Positions 1 through 8,151 of a stretch of DNA of 26,093 bases are shown piece by piece. Origin of the DNA: Thermoanaerobaculia bacterium (GTDB lineage Bacteria; Acidobacteriota; Thermoanaerobaculia; Multivoradales; UBA5704); the NCBI GenBank assembly GCA_044226625.1, contig JBGAGQ010000080.1, forward strand, positions 1-26,093, given 5' to 3'. The first letter of the stretch is position 1, and every line of letters begins with the position of its first letter. The notes beneath the pieces were generated by a model. It made no database searches, had not been told where the DNA came from, and worked only from the letters and a program-made list of their open reading frames with translations. Position numbers and translations under genes: made by a program.

Positions 1-484
1 AAGAGCGCCGGAAACCTGCGGCCTGAAAGGCCGCTAGAGCGAGGGCTCGTCTCCTCTAGCGGCCTTTCAGGCCGCGGTACCCTGACGACAACCTGACCCA
101 GGGCGTCGGCCTTCGGCCTCGGCCCTGGGCTGGACTCTTCCGGCCCGTTGGGCCGGTAAACCGCTGGCGCGTTCCGATTGCGTCGGTCTTGCGCCTCGGC
201 TCTGGCTGGAAACTTCCGGACCATTTTGCCGACGACCCTCCGGCGCTTTTTGATTCCGTGGGTCTTGTGCATCGGCCCTGGGCTGGATTCTCTCGGCCCT
301 CGAGCGCTTCATGGGTTTTCCGCTTCGGAAGTCGACGATCGTCGGGCCCAGGGTGCGGCCCAACGGGCCGCTAGAACTCAGCCTAGGGCTGAGGCCGAAG
401 GCCGATGCCCTAGGTACAAGAGCGCCGGAATCCTGCGGCCTGAAAGGCCGCTAGAGCGAGGCTCGTTTCCTCTTGCGGCCTTCA
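1..484. repeat. REP/REPIN-like nested palindromic repeat cluster (probably continues left of the window)
   Basis: Perfect 22-bp inverted repeat 18-39/54-75 (GCGGCCTGAAAGGCCGCTAGAG). 96-155 recurs inverted at 356-415, 1-69 recurs directly at 418-484, and a partial copy lies at 272-299. Each unit contains short GC hairpins (GGCC-TTC-GGCC, GGCCC-GTT-GGGCC). Confidence 0.85.
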
Positions 485-1669
485 CGCCGTCACGAAACGC
501 CAGGCGAGGCGCGCGGCGCCGTCGAGGCCCAGGCTCGCCACGGGTAGCGCTCGGGCGTGGATGCCGAGCAGGCGGGAAAAGAGGGTGGGATCTTTCGCCA
601 GGGCGCGCAGGGCGCGGCGGCGCAGGCGCGGTCGGCGCTCGAAGGCCATTGTGACGGCGGTCATCGCGTCCGGCAGGCGGCTCGCGCGGCGATGGGCGGC
701 GGGATAGCGCGAGAGGTCCCCTTGCGCGAGGCAGTCGGCGAGCGCGAGCGCCTGATGGAGCCCTTTCGCGATGCCCTCGCCGGTGATCGCGTCGCGATAG
801 CCCGAGGCGTCGCCGACCAGCGCGAGGTTTCCGCGGCAGACGGCGGTGACCCGCCGGTCGAGCGGACCGGCGCCGAGGTCGCGCGAGGTGGGCGGCGCGT
901 GGCGCAGGCGCTCGGCGACTGGTGGGAACCGCTCGAGCAGCTGCTCGAAGGTCGCCTTTTCGCCCGACCAGAGGAGGGCGACGCCCATCTCGCGCGGGCC
1001 GAGACCGTAGACGTAGGCCTCGCAGCCGGGACCCCAGTAGACCTCGACGAAATCGCACCAGGGCTCGGCCTCGAGGTGGCGGCGCATGCCGAATCGCACC
1101 GGGGCCGACGACTCCTCCTCGAGCCCCGCCCAGGTGCGTACCTTGGAGCGGAGGCCGTCGGCTCCGACCACGAAACGGGCGGGGACCAGGCCGGAATCGG
1201 TCTCCACACCTCGCACGGTTTCTTTCTCCGCGGCATCGTCGAACGCCAGCCCGCGCGCCGGCGTGTTCCAGAGCAGCTCGACCCCGACCTCCTCGGCGCG
1301 GGCGGCGAGCGCCGAGTGGAAATCGGCGCGGTGGACCGCGAGCCCCGGCCGATCGGGGAAGGTCCCCTCGACCGAGAGGTCGCCGTCCAGATAGCGGATG
1401 CCGCGGAAGCGGAAGCCGCCCATCCGGGCGACGTCCACGCTGAGCCCGGCGAGCAGGTCGACCGCGTCGGGCATCAGACCCTCGCCGCAGGCGCCGACGA
1501 TCGGCGGCCGGCTTCGGTCGAGCACCGCCACGGAGAGCCCCGCTCGACGGGCGGCGATCGCCGTCGCCAGACCGATCGGCCCGCCGCCGATGATTGCAAC
1601 GTCAGTCGCTCCCCGGCTGACGCGTTCAACGTCCATGGCTTCGCGCGAGGCTCGAACGATCTCAGCCAC
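482..1669 (-). CDS. FAD-dependent oxidoreductase/monooxygenase (SrsC/FtpE-like)
   Basis: DVAIIGGGPIG Rossmann motif, ACGEGLMP, VVGADGLRS and LVGDASGYRDAITGEG. GTG at 1669 overlaps the upstream stop (GTGGCTGA); ATG at 1636 is an alternative start. Confidence 0.88.
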   Translation of the reverse strand: MAEIVRASREAMDVERVSRGATDVAIIGGGPIGLATAIAARRAGLSVAVLDRSRPPIVGACGEGLMPDAVDLLAGLSVDVARMGGFRFRGIRYLDGDLSVEGTFPDRPGLAVHRADFHSALAARAEEVGVELLWNTPARGLAFDDAAEKETVRGVETDSGLVPARFVVGADGLRSKVRTWAGLEEESSAPVRFGMRRHLEAEPWCDFVEVYWGPGCEAYVYGLGPREMGVALLWSGEKATFEQLLERFPPVAERLRHAPPTSRDLGAGPLDRRVTAVCRGNLALVGDASGYRDAITGEGIAKGLHQALALADCLAQGDLSRYPAAHRRASRLPDAMTAVTMAFERRPRLRRRALRALAKDPTLFSRLLGIHARALPVASLGLDGAARLAWRFVTA

Positions 1670-3491
1670 GAGCCCTCGCCTTCTTCCGGAGCCGGAGCCG
1701 CGCGTAGGCGAGACCGGAGCGGGCGAGCGTCCCGGCGAGGCGGAGCGGGGTGACCTTCTCGGGCGGTGACAGCTCGCCCGCGAGGTGCAGCCGCAGGCTT
1801 TCGCCGCGGCGCAGCTTGCCCGACGAGGTGCGGGGGAGCGTCCCGGGGGCGAGCAGGACGATCTCTCCCACGGGGACTCCGGCGCTCCCGAGCACCGCTT
1901 CACGCAGCGCCTGCGGCAGGGCGGCCCGAGTCTCCGGCGTGATCCCGCGCGCGGTCTCGACCAGCAGGACGAGCGTCTCGCCGTCCGCGCCTTCGGGCAG
2001 GTAGCTCGCGGCGACCGCGCAGCCGGTGCGCACGCCGGGGACCGGATCCACCGCGCGCTCGATCTCCTCGGGCGCGTAGTTGCGGCCCCGGAGGATCACC
2101 ACGTCCTTCGCGCGTCCGGTGAGGTAGAGATCGCCGCGATGGAGGAAGCCGAGGTCGCCCGTGTCGAGCCAACCGTCGCGTAGCGCGCGGCCGGTCGCCT
2201 GGTCCTGGCCGAGGTAGCCGGTCATCAGCGACGGCCCGGAAGCCCAGACCGTGCCGATCGTCCCGTCGGGCACCGGCAAGCCGTTCGCGTCCGCCACGCG
2301 CACGGCGTAGCCCGGCAGCGGGCGGCCGACCGAGGCGATCTCCCGCCCCTCCGGATCGACGCGCGCCACCCCCTCGCGGCCGAGCGCCTCGCGATCGAAC
2401 CGCTCGGCGAGGAACGGCGCCGCGAGATCGGAGAACGTCACGGCGAGCGCCGCCTCCGAAAGGCCGTAGACGGGAGTGAACGCCCGCGCGCTGAAGCCGT
2501 ACGGCGCGAATCGCTCGGTGAAGGCCCGCATGGTCGCGGGCACCGCGGCTTCGGCGCCGTTCAACGCCGCTTCCCAGGCGGAGAGGTCGAGCCCGGCGAT
2601 CTCCTCGTCCGAGACGCGCGAGAGGCAGAGCGCGTAACCGAAGTTTGGGGCGGGCGAAATCGTGCCGCGGTATTTCGAGAGCGCCCGCAGCCAGAGAGCG
2701 GGGCGCGCGATGAACAGCTCCGGCCCGATCAGGGTCAGCCAAGCGTCGCGCGAGAGCGCCGGAAAGACGCAGCCGATCAGCCCCATGTCGTGGTAGAGCG
2801 GCAGCCAGGAGACGCAGCTGTGCTTGTGCTCCGGCGTGTCGCTCCAGAAGCGGTTGAGCGCATCCACCTGGGCGACGATCGCGCGGTGCGAGAGGGCGAC
2901 CGGCTTCGGATCGACCGTCGTGCCCGAGGAGTACTGGACGAGCGCCAGCGCGTTCGGATCGACGGTCAGGTCATCCCGGTCGCCAACCTGGCCGGCACCT
3001 TTCGACAGCTGATCGAGCGCTTTGCAACCGAGCGGTGGCTGGGCGAGGGCGATCGCCTCGCCGAGGATCCGTTGGACTCTCGGATCGGCGAGCACGAGCC
3101 GGGCACGGCTGAGCTCCAGCATCCGGGCTGTGCGGCGGAAGTACTCGTCGAGCCGGCCGAGGCGCACCGGCGGATAGAGCGGCACCGGCACCGCGCGGGC
3201 GAGCAGCGCGCCGAAGAAGGCGGCAAAAAAGTCGATTCCGGTCGGAAAGATGAGCGCCACCCGGTCGCCCGGCTCCACGCCCGCGGCGACGAGCCGCCCG
3301 GCGACCTCGCGGGCCCGGCGCCTCACGTCGCTCCAGGAGTGCTCCGTGGCGCTCTCGTCGCGGGCGACGAAGCGGAGACCCCCTTCGCACTCCTCGGGGA
3401 CGCGGGCGAGCAGGTCGAGCAGCGTCGCCGCCTCGTCCGTTTCGCGCGCCGTGGTCACGGCCGCCGTCCTGTCGTCCGCGCGAGTCGTCAC
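1662..3491 (-). CDS. Fatty acyl-AMP ligase (FAAL, FtpD-like)
   Basis: QYSSGTTVDPKP P-loop, SWLPLYHDMGLIG, PNFGY, YGLSEA, DTGDLGF, GRAKD and PRTSSGKLRR. GTGA overlap with the ACP stop sets the start at 3491. Confidence 0.92.
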   Translation of the reverse strand: MTTRADDRTAAVTTARETDEAATLLDLLARVPEECEGGLRFVARDESATEHSWSDVRRRAREVAGRLVAAGVEPGDRVALIFPTGIDFFAAFFGALLARAVPVPLYPPVRLGRLDEYFRRTARMLELSRARLVLADPRVQRILGEAIALAQPPLGCKALDQLSKGAGQVGDRDDLTVDPNALALVQYSSGTTVDPKPVALSHRAIVAQVDALNRFWSDTPEHKHSCVSWLPLYHDMGLIGCVFPALSRDAWLTLIGPELFIARPALWLRALSKYRGTISPAPNFGYALCLSRVSDEEIAGLDLSAWEAALNGAEAAVPATMRAFTERFAPYGFSARAFTPVYGLSEAALAVTFSDLAAPFLAERFDREALGREGVARVDPEGREIASVGRPLPGYAVRVADANGLPVPDGTIGTVWASGPSLMTGYLGQDQATGRALRDGWLDTGDLGFLHRGDLYLTGRAKDVVILRGRNYAPEEIERAVDPVPGVRTGCAVAASYLPEGADGETLVLLVETARGITPETRAALPQALREAVLGSAGVPVGEIVLLAPGTLPRTSSGKLRRGESLRLHLAGELSPPEKVTPLRLAGTLARSGLAYARLRLRKKARARG

Positions 3492-3736
3492 GCGAGCTTC
3501 CGATGCACGATCTCGACCAGATCGCCGACCGTTTCGAGGGAAGCCTCCTCCCGTTCGTCGAGCAGGACGCGGAAACGGTTCTCGACCTCGGCGGCGAGCG
3601 TGAGCAGCCGGACCGAATCGAGCGAGAGATCCTCGACCAGACGCATCTCGGGCGCGAGCGGGCCGTCCCAACCCAAATGCTTGCGGGCGATCTCGGCGAC
3701 TCCGGAGAGGATCTCTTCGCTCGTCCGGGTGCTCAT
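3488..3736 (-). CDS. Acyl carrier protein (82 aa)
   Basis: Small acidic protein with the EDLSLDSV phosphopantetheine-attachment motif and a TVGDL C-terminal motif. ATGA overlap with the upstream gene. Confidence 0.92.
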   Translation of the reverse strand: MSTRTSEEILSGVAEIARKHLGWDGPLAPEMRLVEDLSLDSVRLLTLAAEVENRFRVLLDEREEASLETVGDLVEIVHRKLA

Positions 3737-4332
3737 TGCGACGGCGCCTCGGGGCCGGAGGGGATGAACCGGGGCCGCCCGGAAAACGCCCGCTCGTAGC
3801 CGGACGCTTCGTCGAGCGCCCGCTCCTCCGCGGCGATCCGCACGCGCAACAGCGCGGCGTTCGCGGCCGAGAAGACCGCGGCGGTCAGCCAGGCGGTGTG
3901 GACGAGCGGCAGGAACGCGATCTCCAGGACTACCGCAAGGTAGTTGGGGTGACGCACGAAACGGAAGGGCCCGCCGACCACCGCCGGCGCGCCGGGCAGG
4001 ACGACGATCCGCGTGTTCCAGCGTTCGCCCAAGGTGCCGATCGCCCAGTAGCGGAGGGCGGTCGCCAAGAGCAGTACCGCTCCGGAAACGATCGCGAGTG
4101 CCGACACGAACGGCCGGTCGAGCGCGTAGACCTCGAGCGGGCAGGCGATCAGGAACGCGGTGTGGAGGACGACCATCGTCGGGTAGTGCCCGGAGCCCAC
4201 CTCGCGCCCTCCCGCGGCGAGGGCCCGCGCCAGATTTCGCTTCGAAAGCGCAAGCTCCGCCAAGCGTTGCACCGCGACCAGCGCGATCAGGCCGAGATAG
4301 AGCGAGCGGGAATCGAACGGCGTCGCGACCAT
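3733..4332 (-). CDS. Isoprenylcysteine carboxyl methyltransferase-family membrane methyltransferase (SrsB/BpsB/FtpB-like)
   Basis: QRLAEL, GHYPTMVVLH, LRYWAIGTLGERWNTRI, GPFRFVRHPNY and RIAAEERAL motifs; several hydrophobic helices. Confidence 0.9.
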   Translation of the reverse strand: MVATPFDSRSLYLGLIALVAVQRLAELALSKRNLARALAAGGREVGSGHYPTMVVLHTAFLIACPLEVYALDRPFVSALAIVSGAVLLLATALRYWAIGTLGERWNTRIVVLPGAPAVVGGPFRFVRHPNYLAVVLEIAFLPLVHTAWLTAAVFSAANAALLRVRIAAEERALDEASGYERAFSGRPRFIPSGPEAPSQ

Positions 4333-4341
4333 GGCCGAGGC

Positions 4342-4350
4342 ATCCTAGCA
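4342..4350 (-). promoter_or_regulatory. Extended -10 promoter (TGCTAGGAT) for the methyltransferase-ACP-FAAL-oxidoreductase operon
   Basis: TGn-TAnnnT in the 53-bp gap, 9 nt upstream of the ATG at 4332, with no clear SD. Confidence 0.55.
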
Positions 4351-4385
4351 AGCGGTTGCGTGGGTGCGGTCCGTGGGGGCGGTGC

Positions 4386-5696
4386 TCAGAAGATTCGCCC
4401 GCCGGCCCGGTAGACGAGGCGCCCTTCGCGCACGACGGCCGCGATCGGGTTCACGCCGTAGTGGTAGGCGAGATGGAGCAGGTTCGGCGCGTCGAGCAGC
4501 GACAGATCGGCGCGCTTGCCGACCTCGATCGTCCCCACCTCTTCGCCGAGCCCGAGCGAGCAGGCGGCGTTGAGCGTCGCGGCGGTGAGGCTCTCTTCGA
4601 CCGACAGGCCGAGCGCGAACACGGCCAGCGTGACGATCATCGGCATCGATTCGGTGTAGGAGGAGCCCGGGTTGCAATCGGTCGCGAGCGCGACGGGAAT
4701 GCCCGACTCGATCATCCGCCGGGCCGGGGCGTAGCGCTCCTTTTTGAGGAAGAAGCTGGTGCCCGGCAGGAGGACCGCGGTCACGCCGCTTTTCGCGAGG
4801 GCCTCGATCCCGTGGTCGGAGACCGCCATCAGGTGATCGGCTGAATAGGCGCCCAGCTCGGCCGCGAGCTCCGCGCCGCCGGAATCGGCGAACTCGTCGG
4901 CATGTAGCCGCGGCAAGAGCCCGTGGCGGATTCCCGCTTCGAGCACCCGGCGCGACTCTTGGGCCGAGAAGACCCCCTTCTCGCAGAAGACGTCGCAGAA
5001 CTTCGCGAGGCCGCGCCCGGCGACCGCCGGCACGATCTCGTCGCAGACCAGGTCGACGTAGCGCGCGCGGAGCTTCTCGTCGCCGCGGTGCTCGGCCGGG
5101 ATCTCATGGGCGGCGAGAAGGGTGGGGAGGATGCGGACGGGATGCTCGGCCGCCGCGCGCTGGAGCGCCACGAGCTGCTTCGTCTCGTCGGCGAGGTTCA
5201 GCCCGTAGCCGCTCTTCGCCTCGACCGTCGTCGTTCCCCCGGCGAGCATCCAGTCGAGATGGCGCAGGACGTTGCCCGCGATCTCGTCTTCCGAGGCCTG
5301 CCGCGTCGCGGCCACGGTCGACAGGATGCCGCCGCCGCGTGCGGCGATCTCTTGATAGGTCGTCCCGGCGAGACGCTCGAACAGCTCCGTCTCCCGCGTG
5401 CCGGCCCAGGGGATGTGGGTGTGCGGATCGACGAAGCCGGGGATCAACGTGCCGCGCTTGCCGTCGAGGCGCGGGGTATCGGAGAGATCACCGAACTGCG
5501 CGCGGCGCTCGGCCGAGGAGCCGACGAACGCGATCCGCCCCGCGCGGCAGAGCACCTCCACGCCTTCCCCGTGGCGCAAGCGACGGACGCGGCCCTGGTC
5601 CGCGCCGCGCCGCGGGGTGCTGCCCTCGGCGGTCGCCACCTCTGCCAGGTTCTCGATCAGCAGGTCGCCGGCCATGCCGGTCCGAGTCGCGTTCAT
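4386..5696 (-). CDS. hutI: Imidazolonepropionase
   Basis: PGFVDPHTH, GGGILSTV, GTTTVEAKSGYGL, DVFCE, LHADE, SADHL, LLPGT and ATDCNPGS. ATG 5696 overlaps the upstream TGA (ATGA). Confidence 0.95.
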   Translation of the reverse strand: MNATRTGMAGDLLIENLAEVATAEGSTPRRGADQGRVRRLRHGEGVEVLCRAGRIAFVGSSAERRAQFGDLSDTPRLDGKRGTLIPGFVDPHTHIPWAGTRETELFERLAGTTYQEIAARGGGILSTVAATRQASEDEIAGNVLRHLDWMLAGGTTTVEAKSGYGLNLADETKQLVALQRAAAEHPVRILPTLLAAHEIPAEHRGDEKLRARYVDLVCDEIVPAVAGRGLAKFCDVFCEKGVFSAQESRRVLEAGIRHGLLPRLHADEFADSGGAELAAELGAYSADHLMAVSDHGIEALAKSGVTAVLLPGTSFFLKKERYAPARRMIESGIPVALATDCNPGSSYTESMPMIVTLAVFALGLSVEESLTAATLNAACSLGLGEEVGTIEVGKRADLSLLDAPNLLHLAYHYGVNPIAAVVREGRLVYRAGGRIF

Positions 5697-6418
5697 TTCG
5701 TCTCTCCGAGCCCCGCGTGCTCGCGCCCGAGCTCTCGGACCCGCGAGGCGAACCACCCGGCGACCTCGCTCCATTCGAGCGTCTCGGCGAGCTTCGGCAT
5801 CGGCTCGTCCTCGGCGGCGGAGAAATCGGCGAGCCCTTTGAGCGCCTGGAGCGGAAAGTCGCGCACGTGGCCGAACTTGTCTTCGGCTCGCGCGAGGAGG
5901 ACCTCGAGCGGGAGCCGCTGGCTGAGCAGATAGAGGTCGACGAAATCGCGCCGCGTCCCGCGGCTGATGATCGCGCCGAGCTTCATGAGCCCCAGGTCGA
6001 CGGCCGAGGCGACCATCAGGCCGTCGATCTCTTCGAACGCGTCGGCGAGCGGATAGGGATAGTAGAAAAAACGAACGCCCGGTCCTGTCTCTCCCGGCAT
6101 TCGAACGTAAAGATAGCCGTCGCGCGCGGTTTCCACCTCGGTCCGGGGCTCGATCTCGAGCAGGGCGCCGAGCAGGTCGCGGCGGTCGGCCGGGACGAGG
6201 CGGTTGGCGTTGCTCATCAGGTCGAGGTCGCGCACCGGCCGGTGGCCGAGATAGAGCGCGAGCGCGGCCGAGCCGGCGAGGTAGAAGTCCTCTCCCCAGG
6301 GGGCCGCGCCGAAGCGGGCGACGAGCGCCGCCGTCGCGGGGGAGAGCGCTTGAGGAAAGTCGAGGCCGATCCGGACCCGTTCCGGGGTCGTCGCCGTGGA
6401 GATCGCTTCTGGGGTCAT
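5693..6418 (-). CDS. AbiEii/AbiGii-family nucleotidyltransferase (type IV TA toxin-like)
   Basis: FYLAGSAALALYLGHRPVRDLDL (G-G/S...DxD nucleotidyltransferase motif) and MKLGAIISRGTRRDFVDLY. Confidence 0.85.
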   Translation of the reverse strand: MTPEAISTATTPERVRIGLDFPQALSPATAALVARFGAAPWGEDFYLAGSAALALYLGHRPVRDLDLMSNANRLVPADRRDLLGALLEIEPRTEVETARDGYLYVRMPGETGPGVRFFYYPYPLADAFEEIDGLMVASAVDLGLMKLGAIISRGTRRDFVDLYLLSQRLPLEVLLARAEDKFGHVRDFPLQALKGLADFSAAEDEPMPKLAETLEWSEVAGWFASRVRELGREHAGLGETK

Positions 6419-6474
6419 TTCGAGGGGAAGGATTTCACAACTGGATTTCGGAATCGGACCTCATGTACCCGCCG

Positions 6475-6792
6475 TCACAGCGGCCAGAGATCCGCGCGCG
6501 CCGCGGCGACCGGTCCGGGCGGCGTTCCGAGGACGGTCTGCCAATAGGCGGCACTTCGGCGCGACAGGCTTCGACCTCCGAACGTGGCGACCCAGGCGGC
6601 GATCTCCGGCTCCGGCAGCACGGCGAATAGCCAGGCGAGGTCGTCGCGGTCGCCGTCCTCGAGCAGCCGGGCGAGCACGAGAGAGCGGGAGGATGCGAGG
6701 TTCAGATCCTCGTGGGAGACCTCGGGGAAGAGCCGTCCGGCGAGCGCCGCGGGGATCTCGGTCCGAGCGGGAGCCGAGGACGGCTCGGGCAT
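6475..6792 (-). CDS. Small helical partner of the AbiEii-like toxin (DUF6922-like, putative antitoxin)
   Basis: 105 aa with LFPE...VLARLLEDGDRDDLAWL...LSRRSAAYW, the pattern of small proteins found upstream of AbiEii nucleotidyltransferases. SD-like GAGG upstream. Confidence 0.7.
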   Translation of the reverse strand: MPEPSSAPARTEIPAALAGRLFPEVSHEDLNLASSRSLVLARLLEDGDRDDLAWLFAVLPEPEIAAWVATFGGRSLSRRSAAYWQTVLGTPPGPVAAARADLWPL

Positions 6793-6801
6793 GGCGGAGC
6801 G

Positions 6802-7314
6802 CTACGCCTCGCGCTTCTTGCGCGGCAGTTGGACGACCGTGCCGCCGGGGCCGCGCTCCTCTTCCATCTCGGCTTCGAGGATGCGCTGGAAGAGATCGAT
6901 CGTGTTCTTGAACTTGAGCTGCAGTTCCTTGCGCATCGTGCGCAGCTCCTGGATCCGCGCCTCGATCCGCGTCGTCTGCTCGACCGCCTGATGGACCACG
7001 CGATCGGCCACGCCTTCCGCCTCCCGCACCACCAACTCCGCCTCGCGCCGAGCGTTCGCGGTGATCTCGTCCGCCACCTTCTGCGCCCGGACCAGCGTCT
7101 GCTGCAGCTGGTGCTCCCGCTCCTCGGCCTCTTCCAACCGCTGCCGGTAGTAGCGCGTTTCGCGTTCGAGCTTCTCGACCTGGCCGATCCGCTGCGCCAG
7201 CTCCTCGGCCACCAGCACGAGGAAATCCTCGACCTCGCGAGGGTCGTAGCCGCGCATCTTGTTTGCGAATTTCATCCGCTGCACGTCCAGCGGGGTGAGG
7301 GGGGAGATGGCCAT
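6802..7314 (-). CDS. divIVA: DivIVA-domain coiled-coil protein
   Basis: LTPLDVQRMKFANKMRGYDPREVEDFL N-terminal signature followed by a coiled coil. GGGAGG SD; downstream of yggS. Confidence 0.9.
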   Translation of the reverse strand: MAISPLTPLDVQRMKFANKMRGYDPREVEDFLVLVAEELAQRIGQVEKLERETRYYRQRLEEAEEREHQLQQTLVRAQKVADEITANARREAELVVREAEGVADRVVHQAVEQTTRIEARIQELRTMRKELQLKFKNTIDLFQRILEAEMEEERGPGGTVVQLPRKKREA

Positions 7315-7359
7315 GACGTCCTCCCTGGGGCCTGCGCCAGGAACCTGTAAAGGCGGCGC

Positions 7360-7368
7360 ATCTTAGCA
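7360..7368 (-). promoter_or_regulatory. Extended -10 promoter (TGCTAAGAT) upstream of divIVA
   Basis: TGn-TAnnnT in the yggS-divIVA gap, about 45 nt upstream of the ATG. Confidence 0.5.
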
Positions 7369-7438
7369 TGGGGATTGAGTTTTCTGCGGAACGGCTCTTC
7401 GGGGTCAGTCCCCGGGTGGCCTTGTGAACAGGCCGCCC

Positions 7439-8143
7439 CTACCGCTGTCCGAAGATCGCCGTACCGACCCGGACGTGGGTCGCCCCTTCTTCGATCGCCA
7501 CTTCGAAGTCGTCGCTCATGCCCATCGAGAGCCATCCGGAAAAATCGGTGGCGTCGGGGTGGGTGGTGAGCTGGTCGCGGAGCGCGCGGAGACGCTGGAA
7601 GTGGGGGCGGGAGGCCTCGGCGGCGCGGCCGAAGGGGGGGATCGCCATCAGGCCGCGGACGCGGAGGTTCTTGAGCCGAAGAAACCGGGGGGCCACGTCG
7701 AGAAAAGTTTCGGGCGGGAATCCGTGCTTCGTGACCTCGTTGCCCGAGTTCACCTCGAGGAAGGCGTCGACGACGACTCCCCGTCGTTCCGCCTCGGCGT
7801 CGAGCGCGAGCGCGATCTTTTCCCGGTCGATCGAGTGGATGATGCGGAAGAGGTCGAGCGCCGGACGCACCTTGTTCGATTGGAGCGGTCCGATCAGATG
7901 CCACTCGATGTCGGAGGGCAGGACGGGGATCTTCCCGGCCGCCTCCTGAACGCGGTTCTCGCCGAAGCGACGGAGCCCGAGCTCCCACGCCGCCTGGAGC
8001 GTCTCCGGCGGGTGGGTCTTGGTCACCGCGATCAGGGTGACGGAATCGCGTGTCCGGCCGGAACGCTTACAGGCCGCAACGATCCGCTCCTCGACCGCGG
8101 CGATCGCCTCGCGGAGCCCCGAGGCTTCGGCGGGGCCGCCCAT
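7439..8143 (-). CDS. yggS: PLP homeostasis protein YggS/PLPBP
   Basis: LIAVTKT (PLP lysine), FGENRVQE, WHLIGPLQSNK, GLMAIPP and LSMGMSDDFEVAIEEGATHVRVGTAIFG. Confidence 0.97.
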   Translation of the reverse strand: MGGPAEASGLREAIAAVEERIVAACKRSGRTRDSVTLIAVTKTHPPETLQAAWELGLRRFGENRVQEAAGKIPVLPSDIEWHLIGPLQSNKVRPALDLFRIIHSIDREKIALALDAEAERRGVVVDAFLEVNSGNEVTKHGFPPETFLDVAPRFLRLKNLRVRGLMAIPPFGRAAEASRPHFQRLRALRDQLTTHPDATDFSGWLSMGMSDDFEVAIEEGATHVRVGTAIFGQR

Positions 8144-8151
8144 CTAAGCGC

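Noticed and set aside
1-484. Possible CRISPR array
   Set aside because: Repeats occur in both orientations with irregular spacing and no unique equal-length spacers; no cas genes in the window.
67-654. ORFs 67-363, 178-654 and 189-374
   Set aside because: They run through the palindromic repeat cluster, have no recognisable motifs and show low-complexity Arg/Pro/Gly composition.
7315-7438. Possible ncRNA (6S, RNase P RNA or riboswitch) between yggS and divIVA
   Set aside because: Only 124 bp with two short hairpins plus a promoter and SD; too short for RNase P RNA or 6S, and no riboswitch consensus recognised.
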